64,000 nucleotides of DNA from Eledone cirrhosa (lineage: Eukaryota): the NCBI GenBank assembly GCA_964016885.1, contig OZ024760.1, positions 21,390,001 to 21,454,000 on the forward strand, in the 5' to 3' direction. The translations under genes and the position numbers were made by a program. Below the pieces are notes generated by a model. It was not told the DNA's origin, made no database searches, and saw only the letters and a program-made list of their open reading frames with translations. Every line of letters starts with the position of its first letter. Positions within the stretch are counted from its first letter, which is position 1. Below are positions 26,905-39,329 of the stretch, one piece after another.

Positions 26905-26998
26905 ACCCCTTGAGAAGATCGGCTATTTAAATACCAGGATAAATTTTCATTTAGTCCAGAATTAGCCGTCGAAACGGCTTGAGCTCAGCTGTCGGGGT
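26905..26998 (+). ncRNA. Type I hammerhead ribozyme, U3-A8 variant with extended stem II
   Basis: ACCCC-TTGAGAA-GAtCGGCTA...TAGCCGTC-GAAA-CGGCT tgagctc AGCTG-TC-GGGGT; GUC cleavage triplet. Confidence 0.75.
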
Positions 26999-27008
26999 CT
27001 TACTGGTT

Positions 27009-27055
<47 letters not shown>

Positions 27056-27399
27056 TAAAGTTTTCTGTTGGAGCCATACGGCTTCCTTTTTGGGATTTTA
27101 GTCCAACATATGTAAGTATATATTCTCCTGTATTCATCCCCACACACCCACCTACTGTATGTGCGTATGTGCGTGTGTATAAGTTAATCTCCCAGTGAGC
27201 CATAGATATTGATATAGTTGTTTATATTCCTAACTGACATGTTTAAATGGATATCAGTTACTGTAGCTATATAACATTTAGTATGTGTGTGTCTATATAA
27301 CATTTAGTATGTGTGTGTCTGTGGGTTGTGACATCTTAGAAAAGTATTTATATATATACCTCTCTATCCTGTTACAGCCCCCCCCCCATCATATATATA

Positions 27400-28920
27400 T
27401 AGAGGTAGTTAAAGTTAGTAATAGAATAATTAAGCTTAGGTTAGTTGTAGGCAATAGACTGCTGACAATCATCTCTGCCTATGCTCCCCAGGCAGGCTTA
27501 GGTAAAGAAGAGAAAGACGGCTTTTACGAGCAACTTTTACAGACAGCCTCAATGACAGAGGACGGAGACATTGTTATGCTAGCAGGAGACTTCAATGGAC
27601 ATGTTGGACAGCTCCAGGATGGATACACTGGGGTACATGGTGGGCACGGTTACGGCTCAAAAAATGAAGAACGAGTGAGACTTTTTGAATTTTGTGATGC
27701 AAATGCACTAACCATTTGCAACGCTAACTTCCAGAAGCTTACCAACCACCTAATAACCTACAAATCAGGCGAGCACATAATCCAGATTGACTTCCTGCTA
27801 GTTAGACGAGACAGACGGATGGTGTCAAATACTAAGGCTTACCCCACAGCATAGGTTAGTTGTTAGTAAGCAAGAGAAAGAATGAGATATACAGGAAGGT
27901 GTGGAAAAGAAATGTCTGGAAGCTAAAAGACCTTTCATTAACATATAAATTTAGCAAAGCCCTTCAAGATGCGTACAACGAAAAAGAAGACGATTTAGAG
28001 TTGTATGACATACATGGTAACTGGAATTTCTTGCGTGACAACTTACTGCAGGCTACTGAAGAAACTTGTGGTTGGGGCAGAGCTTCAACTAGACAGAGAG
28101 TGACCTGGTGGTGGAACAGCAAGGTAGATAGGGCCATTAGAGACAAAAGATTAGAGACATGCGGTATTCCGCATTGCAAAGCAGTGTGTCAGTACAAATC
28201 AGGATGTTGTTGGAGATAAGTGTGTCCGGAATGATGCAGGTGTATTTAGTGTCACGAATGATCAAAAAAAGGAGGCCTGGAAATGTCATTATGAGAGACT
28301 GATGAATGTGGAGAACGAATGGGACAGAGAGGAATTTCCCCCAGTAGACCCGACAGAGGGACCAGCTATTGAGATTGGCGAATATAGGGTACAAGAGGCA
28401 ATTAAGGAAATGAAGAATGGTAAGGCTGCTGGGCTGTCGGGGATAGTTGCTGAGATGCTGAAGGCTTCAGGAGAAGTAGGCACTAAACTAGTTGCACACA
28501 TTAATCAAGCTATGTATGGTGGTGTCATACCCAAATACTGGTGCAGCAGTATTCTCATAAATTGTTACAAAGGTAAAGGGGATGCTCTAGAGAGGAGCAA
28601 TTATAGGGGCATAAAGCTGATGGATCGGGTTATGAAAGTGGCAGAGAGAATAAGCGCAATTGATTAGAGAAAGGGTCAATTTAGATGAGATGCAGTTTGG
28701 TTTTGTGCCTCGGAAAAGTACAACGGATGCCCTCTTCTTAGTGAGGCAACTACAACAGAGGTTCTTAGAGAAGAATAAGCCACTATACTTACCTTTTGTT
28801 GACCTAGAGAAGGCCTTTGATAGGGTACCCCGATCTGTCATCTGGTGGTCCCTAAGGAAACTATGTGTAGAGGAATGGCTTGTGAGGACAGTGCAAGCTA
28901 TGTACAGGGGTGCTGTCAGG
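27400..28920 (+). mobile_element. RTE-clade LINE pseudo-ORF (APE endonuclease plus N-terminal RT)
   Basis: IISAYAPQ, LAGDFNGHVG, IDFLLVRR, TWWWN, KNGKAAG, YKGKGD...NYRGIKL, QFGFVP, FVDLEKAFDRVPR; frameshifted. Confidence 0.92.
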
Positions 28921-29289
28921 GGAGGGCACTGACAACACTCCAGATGTCATGTAGTGAGGGGAGGGCACTGACAACACTCCAGATGTCATGTGAGGGGAGG
29001 GCACTGACAACACTCCAGATGTCTGTGAGGGCTTGACAACACTCTAGATGCCAGGTAGCAGTGGGGGAAGGGCACTGACAACACTCCAGATGTCAACCCC
29101 ACCTCCACCAGTCTTAGTGTTTGTTTGATCTGCCACTCTGATGCTCTGGTCAAGCTGTGGACCTATATGAAGGGGAACCACACCTGTTTACAAAGCACAA
29201 AAGCTGGAGCTGTTTGGGAGGGCAATAGCTCTTAATAAGAACTGCCTAGGACCTTGACACCCTGTCAAACCCATACCGGTATGTAAAAC

Positions 29290-29890
29290 TGATGATGATG
29301 GTGGTGGTGGTAATGATGATGACAATGGTGATGATGTTAGTGGTGGTGATGGTGATAATGGTGGTGTTGGTATGGTGATGATAATAGTGGTGTTGGTGGT
29401 GGTGATGATAATAGTGGTGATGGTGGTGGTGGTGGTGATGATAATAGTGGTGTTGGTGATGATGATGATAGTGGTGGTGTTGGTATGGTGATGATAATAG
29501 TGGTGGTGATGGTGTTGGTGGTGATGGAGTTGGTGGTTGTGGTAATGGTGGTGATGGTGTTGGTGGTGGTTGTGGTAATGGTGGTGGTGATGATAATAGT
29601 GGTGTTGGTGATGATGATAGTGGTGGTGTTGGTATGGTGATGATAATAGTGGTAGTGTTGGTATGGTGATGATAATAGTGGTAGTGGTGGTGGTAATGGT
29701 GTTGGTGGTGATGGTGATGGTGGTGGTGGTGGTGATGGTTGTGGCAATGGTGGTGGTGTGGTGGTTGTGGCAATGGTGGTGGTGGGGTGGTGGTGGTGTG
29801 GTGGTTGTGGCAATGGTGGTGGTGGTGTGGTGGTGGTGGTGGTGGTGTGGTGGTTGTGGCAATGGTGGTGTGGTGGTAATGGTGGTGCCC
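29290..29890. repeat. (GGT/GAT)n low-complexity tract
   Basis: Direct reading. Confidence 0.95.
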
Positions 29891-30269
29891 CAATGTATGT
29901 ATTCTTTTTAAGCTGGTTATGGTAATATAAGAGATCCCTTCACTGGTCTCTCTGTCTGTCTGTCTGTCTGTCTGACTCAGTTTATAAGATAAGGAAATAG
30001 GTTAAAACCAACTTATACCACTTCCCTTTGTCTGTCTGTTTGTCTGTCTCAGTCTTTCTGTCTGTCTGTCTGCCTGTCTCTTTGTCTGTCTCAGTCTTTA
30101 TGTCTGTCTATCTGCCTGTCTCTTTGTCTGTCTTAGTCTTACTGTCTTTCTGTCTCAGCTTTAATAATAATAATAATATTTTTTTTTTACTTTTGGCACA
30201 AGACCAGCAATTATTCCAGTGTATTACTGGTACTTTAATAATACTAATAATAATAATGATGATTTCATT

Positions 30270-30652
30270 TATTGGCCGTGTTAAGTTGGTACAGCGAGAA
30301 TACAAAAGACAACATAATGTTGCCAGATATATCCATTGGATGATATCTGAGAAATGTGGGTTTGTCAGGAGCAACTAAATGGTATGATCAGAGACCAGAA
30401 GGGGGTGTTAGAGAATGGCGAAGTTAAGTTTCTGTGGGACTTCACCATTCAATGTGATAGAATGATTAAGGCAAGAGGCCAGGCATTTTATTTGTGAGCA
30501 AGAAGAAAAAAGAGGCACAAATTATTGATATATCTGTCCCAGGAGATAGTAGAGTGACGGATAAAGAGAATAAAAAGATGAAGTATCAGGTGGTTAGAAA
30601 GTTGTGGGGGATGAAGAAGGTTTTAATGATTCCAGTGGTGATCAGAGTATTG
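30270..30652 (+). mobile_element. R4/Dong-like RLE non-LTR retrotransposon remnant
   Basis: EYKRQHNVARYIHW, KWYD, FLWDFTIQCDR, IIDISVPGD...KYQ, IPVVI; next to (TAA)n; interrupted by a SINE. Confidence 0.75.
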
Positions 30653-30998
30653 GGAGGCACATGGGTTAGTGGTTAGAGCATTGGCCTTGCAATCGAAAGG
30701 TTGTGAGTTCAATTCTCAGACCGGGTGATGTGTTGTTTCCTTGAGCAAGACACTTTATTTCACATTGCTCCAGTTTACTCAGCTGTAGAAATGAGATGAT
30801 AGGGACTGGGGTCCATATCATTCCACTGCAAAGTGGTCGTGGAGGTGCCACAGCAAAAAAACCACCCAGCACTCACTGTAAATGAGGTTGGTGTTAGGGA
30901 GGGCATCCAGCTGTAGAAATCAAGCCAGAATCAGTTCCCGTCCCATCCTTGCAAGCAGGGAAAAGCGGACGTAAAATGATGATGATGATGATGATGAT
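30652..30998 (+). mobile_element. SINE family A, full length
   Basis: tRNA head to (GAT)n tail. Confidence 0.9.
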
Positions 30999-31002
30999 AA
31001 TT

Positions 31003-31550
31003 GTGCCTTTCATCCTTCGGGGTTGATAACATATATCACCAGTAATACACTGTTGGTCAATTTGATCAACTTCCCCCCTCCTCCCCAAAATTGTCGCCCT
31101 TGGGGCTAAATCGGAAGCCATTGTTATTATTATTAGGGCAATGGATTGGCAGTAATCAGTGGAGCATCAAACATGTTGCGGCACTTTACGTTCTCAGTTC
31201 AAATCCTGCCGAAGTTAACTTTACTTTTCATCCACTCATGGTCGATAAAATAAAGCACCAGTAATTCACTGGGGTCAATTTAATTAACTTTTCCCTCCCC
31301 CAAAATTGCTAGCCTTATACTTAAATCAGAAACCATTATTATTATTATTAAGGCGGTGGATTGGCAGTATCGGTAGAGGGTCGGATGCCATGCTTTGAAG
31401 CATAGAGTTACCTCCCTGTATGATCTGAGTTCAAATCCCGCCGAAGTTAACTTTGACATTCATCCTTTCAGGGTCGATAGAATAAAGTACCAGTAATGCA
31501 TTGGGTAATTGCTGGCCTTGTGCCAAAAGTAGAAACAATTATTATTATTA
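31003..31550 (+). mobile_element. Three head-to-tail SINE family B copies
   Basis: Each ends in an (ATT)n tail followed by the next head. Confidence 0.75.
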
Positions 31551-31802
31551 TGGTTCATTTTTGTAAATCTCAGACACTTAGATGTAAAACAATCTGGATA
31601 TTTAAGTTAAAGAGCAGTCAACAAGTTGACAAAGCTCTCTCACTGCATCCTCTCCTGTGTCTTATATAGACAAGACTTTCCTTAAAATCCTTGCTGTACC
31701 AAGAAGTGCTGTCTTCCGCATAACCTGTAACCTTACCTTGCATCAATTCTGATTCTATTTACACAGTCCACAAAACTGTACGATATATATATAGCATAGC
31801 AT

Positions 31803-31982
31803 ATCATTTTACGTCTGCTTTTCCCTGCTTGCAAGGGTGGGACGGGTCCTATTCAGCACAGCATCTCTCCACTTCTCACAGTCCTTCGTCATCTCCTCGG
31901 TGAGTTTCAGCGATCTGAGGTCTGCTCTCACCACCTCCACCCATCTTTTTCATGGTCTTCCTCTACTGCATCTTCCCTCCAC
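31803..31982 (-). mobile_element. RTE LINE 3' end
   Basis: Reverse complement of the 48330-48500 sequence. Confidence 0.75.
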
Positions 31983-32339
31983 AATAATAATAATAATAAT
32001 AATAATAATAATTGTTTCTACTTTTGGCACAAGGCCAGCAATTATCCCAGTGCATTACTGGTACTTTATTTTATCGACCCCCGTAAGGATGAAAGGCAAA
32101 GTTAACCTCGGCGGGATTTGAACTCAGATCGTAAAGGGCCGTAACTCTATGCTGCAAAGCATGGTGATAACTGGTGGTTTCTGTATTTACCAGAGGAATG
32201 TGTGAAGCGAAACATTACTTTCATCACAAGGAAAATATAACGAGTTGATCGTTGTTTAGCCCCAGGTCAGCTCTGATCCAGCAAACCTAGCACTGATCAT
32301 CAAGTTTCTTTTATTCAAATTTTATAAGTTGATTGTAGA

Positions 32340-33520
32340 AGTGGTGGTGGAGGTGGTGGTATAGTGGTTGTGCTGGTGATGTGGTTTGGTTGCTGTTATG
32401 GTAAAAGTGGGGGTGGTAGTATTGTGGTGGTGGTGGTGGTGGTGGTGTCGTGGTAGTGTTGTGGTGGTGGTAGTGATGGTGTGGTGGTGGTGGAGGTGGT
32501 GGTATAGTGGTTGTGCTGGTGATGTTGCTGTTATGGTAAAAATGGGGGTGGTAGTATTGTGGTGGTGGTAGTGATGGTGTAGTGGTGGTAGTGATGGTGT
32601 AGTGGTGGTGGAGGTGGTGGTATAGTGGTTGTGCTGGTGATGTGGTTTGGTTGTGCTGGTGATGTGGTTTGGTTGCTGTTATGGTAAAAATGGTGGTGGT
32701 AGTATTGTGGTGGTGGTGGTGGTGGTGGTGTTGTGGTGCAGTAAGGAAGCTTGTGTAAGTTGAAAGATCAATTAGAGCACCCCCTCCCCCTACACACACA
32801 CACTTCCTTATCTGGTGGGGGGTGGGTGCTGGTGGTGGTGGTGGTTGTGGTGGCAGTGGTAGTGGTCATGCTGGAAGCAATGGTGGTGGTGGTGGTTGTG
32901 CTGGTGGTAGTGGTCATGCTGGGAGCAATGGTGGTAGTGGTGGTGATGGTGGTAGTAGTGGAGGTGGGGGTGTTGCTGCTGGTGGTAGATGTGGTAGTTG
33001 TAGTAGTAGTGGTGCTGGTGGTAGTAGTGGAGGTGGTAGTGGTGGTAGATGTGGTAGTTGTAGTAGTGGTGCTGGTGGTAGTAGTGGAGGTGGTAGTGGT
33101 GGTAGATGTGGTAGTTGTAGTAGTAGTGGTGCTGGTGGTAGTAGTGGAGGTGGTAGTGGTGGTAGATGTGGTAGTTGTAGTAGTAGTAGTGGTGCTGGTG
33201 GTAGTAGTGGAGGTGGTAGTGGTGGTAAATGTGGTAGTTGTGGTAGTAGTAGTAGTGGTGCTGGTGGTAGTAGTGGAGGTGGTAGTGGTGGTAAATGTGG
33301 TAGTTGTGGTAGTAGTAGTAGTGGTGCTGGTGGTATTAGTGGAGGTGGTAGTGGTGGTAGATGTGGTAGTTGTAGTAGTAGTAGTGGTGCTGGTGGTAGT
33401 AGTGGAGGTGGTAGTGGTGGTAGATGTGGTAGTTGTGGTAGTAGTAGTAGTGGTGCTGGTGGTGGTAGATGTGGTAGTTGTGGTAGTAGTAGTAGTGGTG
33501 GTTGTGGTAGTGGTGCTGTT
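32340..33520. repeat. (GGT/AGT)n low-complexity tracts
   Basis: Direct reading. Confidence 0.95.
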
Positions 33521-33669
33521 AAGAGAAGGAACAGAGAGAGATAGAGTAAGGAATAAGGTCACCAGTGAAACCACAATTGTAAGTTCACATCTCCACAAAC
33601 AGTTCTTTATGTTAGCTTCAGCTATTGACAATAACAGTGGCAGCATTGTTCATTGGTTAGTTTATAGAC

Positions 33670-35680
33670 AGAGGGTGTTGTGGTGTTTAGATGGGGGTGG
33701 TGTTAATAGTTAATGGAGGGTGTTGTGGTGTTTAGATGGCGGTGGTGTTAATAGTTAATGGAGGGTGTTGTGGTGTTTAGATGGGGGTGGTGTTAATAGT
33801 TAATGGAGGGTGTTGTGGTGTTTAGATGGCAGTGGTGTTAATAGTTAATGGAGGGTGTTGTGGTGTTTAGATGGGGGTGGTGTTAATAGTTAATGGAGGG
33901 TGTTGTGGTGTTTAGATGGGGGTGGTGTTAATAGTTAATGGAGGGTGTTGTGGTGTTTAGATGGCAGTGGTGTTAATAGTTAATGGAGGGTGTTGTGGTG
34001 TTTAGATGGCAGTGGTGTTAATAGTTAATGGAGGGTGTTGTGGTGTTTAGATGGGGGTGGTGTTAATAGTTAATGGAGGGTGTTGTGGTGTTTAGATGGC
34101 GGTGGTGTTAATAGTTAATGGAGGGTGTTGTGGTGTTTAGATGGGGGTGGTGTTAATAGTTAATGGAGGGTGTTGTGGTGTTTAGATGGCAGTGGTGTTA
34201 ATAGTTAATGGAGGGTGTTGTGGTGTTTAGATGGCAGTGGTGTTAATAGTTAATGGAGGGTGTTGTGTTTAGATGGGGTGGTGTTAATAGAGTTAATATA
34301 TAGAGGGTGTTGTGTTTAGATGGAGTGTTGATAGAGGGTGTTGTGTTTAGGTGGAGTGTTGATAGAGGGTGTTGTATTGGTAGAGGTAATAGCAGTGTTT
34401 GTGATGTTTAGATGGGGTGGTATTGGTAGAGGTAATAGCTGTGTTTGTGATGTTTAGATGGGGTGGTGTTGGTAGAGGTAATAGCCGTGTTTGTGATGTT
34501 TAGGTGGGGTGGTGTTGGTAGAGGTAATAGCCGTGTTTGTGATGTTTAGATGGGCTGGTATTGGTAGAGGTAATAGCAGTGTTTGTGATGTTTAGATGGG
34601 GTGCTGTTGGTAGAGGTAATAGCTGTGTTTGTGATGTTTAGATGGGGTGGTGTTGGTAGAGGTAATAGCAGTGTTTGTGATGTTTAGTTAGGGTGGTGTT
34701 GGTAGAGGTAATAGCCGTGTTTGTGATGTTTAGGTGGGGTGGTATTGGTAGAGGTAATAGCAGTGTTTGTGATGTTTAGATGGGGTGGTGTTGGTAGAGA
34801 TAATATCCGTGTTTGTGATGTTTAGATGGGGTGGTATTGGTAGAGGTAATAGCAGTGTTTGTGATGTTTAGATGGGGTGGTGTTGGTAGAGGTAATAGCA
34901 GTGTTTGTGATGTTTAGATGGGGTGGTGTTGGTAGAGGTAATAGCAGTGTTTGTGATGTTTAGATGGGGTGGTGTTGGTAGAGGTAATAGCAGTGTTTGT
35001 GATGTTTAGATGGGGTGGTGTTGGTAGAGGTAATAGCAGTGTTTGTGATGTTTAGATGGGGTGGTGTTGGTAGAGGTAATAGCAGTGTTTGTGATGTTTA
35101 GATGGGGTGGTGTTGGTAGAGGTAATAGCAGTGTTTGTGATGTTTAGTTAGGGTGGTGTTGGTAGAGGTAATAGCCGTGTTTGTGATGTTTAGATGGGGT
35201 GGTATTGGTAGAGGTAATAGCAGTGTTTGTGATGTTTAGATGGGGTGGTGTTGGTAGAGGTAATAGCAGTGTTTGTGATGTTTAGATGGGGTGGTATTGG
35301 TAGAGGTAATAGCAGTGTTTGTGATGTTTAGATGGGGTGGTATTGGTAGAGGTAATAGCTGTGTTTGTGATGTTTAGATGGGGTGGTATTGGTAGAGGTA
35401 ATAGCTGTGTTTGTGATGTTTAGATGGGGTGGTGTTGGTAGAGGTAATAGCTGTGTTTGTGATGTTTAGATGGGGTGGTGTTGGTAGAGTTAATAGCAGT
35501 GTTTGTGATGTTTAGATGGGGTGGTATTGGTAGAGGTAATAGCAGTGTTTGTGATGTTTAGATGGGGTGGTATTGGTAGAGGTAATAGCAGTGTTTGTGA
35601 TGTTTAGATGGGGTGGTATTGGTAGAGGTAATAGCTATGTTTGTGATGTTTAGTTAGGGTGCTGTTGGTAGAGGTAATAT
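33670..35680. repeat. Adjacent related minisatellites: 45-bp unit (33670-34290) and 46-bp unit (34370-35680)
   Basis: Shared core tgtttagatggggtggtgtt. Confidence 0.95.
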
Positions 35681-36047
35681 GTAATGCAGCCACCACCACA
35701 ACCTCCACTACATTACTACCCGCACCTGTACTACAACAACTAGCACCTGTACTGTTCCAGGTTGCAGTATACCACAGTGCTGTGGTATGGTGTTATATAA
35801 GTATACAGATGGCAGTGTAACATGATATTGTGAGATTCACACTGTACTCTGTATCAAGGTTAAATACTGGAAACGAGATATATATATATATATATATATA
35901 CATATATATACATACATACACATATATATATATATATATATATATACCTATGTACAGGGTGTATGTATATATATATATATATATAGTTAATAAATGAAAC
36001 AAACAAAACACAGGAGGTAATCTTAGTTATATTAGGTTCATGTGTAT

Positions 36048-36140
<93 letters not shown>

Positions 36141-36568
36141 TGGGTGGCACACAAAAAGTAGCCCAGATTCCATAGTATAGTGTGTGAATAGAGAAATAAA
36201 TTTACGCACATGAAATACCAGCCAGACATGTATATTTCTCTATTTATACTACAGACCCTTGGCTCCTTGTTTTGTGTGCCACCCTGTATAATGTACATAG
36301 TGGGTATATCTCCCAGGCCCACCTTCCCAAACATCTCTCATGAGGACTATAGCATACATCCAGTAAAGCTGACAAACTTCTAGTTCACTTCCATTTAACT
36401 AGCTCAGGTAGTGGTAATTGATGAACCTATCTAATAGTACACACACACACACGCATATGTGTGGGCATAAGCACACATATATATTTTGGATCGCATGGGC
36501 GCGGGGGGCGTGCTGAGGTGAGGAAAGAGGTTTGGGGGAGCTAATAACTTTAGTTTCTTTTCCCTAAT

Positions 36569-37126
36569 TAACCCTTTAAAATTTAAACTGTATCTGGCCA
36601 GAATTATCTCAACTCTCTCTGTTCAAAGCAGCTGTCATCAGCCCCTCATACTGATGTTAAGTTATTGTTCTCAAAATAAATATCAAAATCTCATAGATCT
36701 GATATTCATCATTTCATTTTACGTCCGCTTTTCCCTGCTTGCAAGGGTGGGACGGGAACTGATTCTGGCTTGATTTCTACAGCTGGATGCCCTTCCTAAC
36801 ACCAACCTCATTTACAGTGAGTGCTGGGTGCTTTTTTTGCCGTGGCACCTCCACGACCACTTTGCAGTGGAATGATAGGGACCACAGTCCCTATCATCTC
36901 ATTTCTACAGCCGAGTAAACTGGAGCAATGTGAAATAAAGTGTCTTGCTCAAGGAAACAACACATCACCCGGTCTGAGAATTGAACTCACAACCTTTCGA
37001 TTGCAAGGCCAATGCTCTAACCACTAAGCCATGTGCCTCCATATTATGTAAGATAATTATGAGATAAAGCCTTTAACACAAAAATACAATAGTAAATATA
37101 AAGTAATGTAAATGCTCAAGGGTTAA
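36569..37126. mobile_element. piggyBac-like MITE split by SINE family A (36707-37041, minus strand)
   Basis: MITE halves match 5469-5696; atatt duplicated on both sides of the SINE. Confidence 0.75.
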
Positions 37127-37455
37127 ATCACTAGAGCATGTGTTTTGTTTTGGGAGTAGAATGTTTTGGTAGATTCACTAACCCACTTAATGACATGTTA
37201 TTGTTAATCACATATGCCTATATACATGCACACACACATATATATTGATTGATATCAGCCTATGAGTGAGCATGTGTCCGTATAAGGGTGGATGTACGAT
37301 TGTGTGGGTGTGCATTTGTATATTTCTGGCATTTATACAGAATTTATTATGTAAAAAATGTGACATTGCCTATGGTTACAAGACTATTTTAATGTATGAC
37401 ATTCGCTTGAGTGCCAGTGTGAATTAACTGTCATGGTAAGCTATATGTCTTAGCA

Positions 37456-37790
37456 TGACTATGCAGTTTTTAAAAAAGGTAAACAGAACATTCTGCAGAT
37501 TATTTGTGTGTTCGAAAAGATGAACTTGTTGAGATATTATTACTAAATCTCTCCAAATTCCTGAGTATTTAAAACAATTATTTGAACACCATCAATTGAT
37601 GGCCTTGTGCCAAAAATAGAAACAATTATATTTCTAATGAAAGACACACCCTATGGTGTTCAAATAATTTTTTTAAATACTCAGGAATTTGGAGAGATTT
37701 AGTAATAATATCTCAACAAGTTCATCTTTTCGAACACACAAATAATCTGCAGAATGTTCTGTTTACCTTTTTTAAAAACTGCATAGTCAT
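37456..37790. repeat. ~135-bp inverted duplication (37456-37592 / 37653-37790) associated with a split SINE B
   Basis: Arms are near-perfect reverse complements. Confidence 0.9.
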
Positions 37791-39329
37791 ACCATTACTG
37801 GTACTTTATTTTATCGACCCCGTAAGGATGAAAGGCAAAGTTAACCTCGGCGGGATTTGAACTCAGAATGGCAAGGGCCGTAACTCTATGCTAGAAAGCA
37901 TGGCGTCCGACCCTCTACCGATACTGCCAATCCACCGCCATTAGAAATATGACAATGAAAGGATTAATGACATAGGCTGTCTCTTTCATTAGAGTTATGT
38001 TAGTGAAAGGGTTAACGTGTTCATATTTATCTAAAAAAAAAAAAAACTTTCCATCATAATTTTATGTAAGAACCTTTATTAAGCTATGTTCCAAACAGCA
38101 ACTTAATATTGAGAATCTTCTTTTTTCTTCGTTTTCTTCTTCACTCACTTATTCCTAGTAGGGTCATGGGGGCAGAGTCCTCAGACACACCTTCCAGTTG
38201 AGCTTATGGATTTTATCCAACCATCTTGCTCAGGGTCTACCACACCTGGGTCTCTTGCCTGTAAAATTTGTTCAGCGATTCTTTCCTGAGACATTTTAAC
38301 CACATGTCCATAGTATTGGAGCTGTGATCTCTCAATTCTCTGAAAATTCTTGACTGTTTGAAAACCATAGGCAGTGTCTTTTATTAGAAATATGATAAGG
38401 GGTTCATATTTATCTAAAAAAACCTTCCATCATAATTTTAGAAATATGTTAACACAAGGGTTAATTTAACTATATAAACTCATATGAATTGTCTTGGTAT
38501 TACTTTTGGTATTATGACTATAGTGTCTAGTTATTAATCACACTTCTTAGCTGCAAGTTATATCACATAATACTATAAATAAGTTGTTTGGCAGCCAGGG
38601 TCGTATTAACTCATGACCCTGGCTCCAAGTTTTTCAGATGTTTCAGGTGCCCTCAGGCAGTTCAATCTTTCACCCCCCCCCCCCCCCCCCCCCCTCCCCC
38701 GATGAAGAAAGTCACCTCACTGATTTGATAATGAGATTAATGACAGAAAGAAAATCTTTAAGCCATAAAAAAAACACCAAACACTTACATAATCCTACAT
38801 TCTTGGGTTTTTGTTGGCATTCAGATTAACTGCTAATTGTTCTACATAGTAACGAAACCATGTCTGTTATTTTTAGTATTTATTTGCATACTTTCTGAAT
38901 AGGATACTAATTATTCTCCAATGTAAAGAAAATATTTAGGCCAAACATACCTATAATGGAATGGTTCTCTATTTATTAAGCAAATAGTGTATTTATTATA
39001 ATTCTTATTTGGTTATCTTGTGAAGGTATGTCGCTTAAATAGTCTGGTTGCTTGGTTCATGATTGTTGACCAGAGGTCTAGGTAGATATATCTGATACCA
39101 GAATATGTTGGTAGAATGACATTAGTTCTGCAGTATTGTGCAAGGGTGAACAGCTTAGTAACCAGTGTCTAGGTAAATGATACCTTATAGTGAAATATCT
39201 CTGGTGGTGTTTCTTTGTCAATCTTTTCATTGTTGGTTTAGTTCTTCCCCAATTTTGACAGTTAAGTATGAACTTTATTACAGATTTCAATTAATCTATT
39301 TCACATTTCGAAATAGACGATTGTTCTTT

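Larger units (their letters stand above)
24624..27013 (-). mobile_element. 5'-truncated Penelope-like retroelement with inverted pseudo-LTR (arms 24701-25690 and 26024-27013)
   Basis: ~990-bp near-identical inverted arms, (TA)n on both flanks, PLE-type ORF tail in the spacer and a hammerhead in each arm. Confidence 0.8.

Noticed and set aside
32751-33713. Poly-Val, poly-Thr and Gly/Ser/Cys-rich ORFs
   Set aside because: Translations of (GGT/AGT)n; no splice or domain support.
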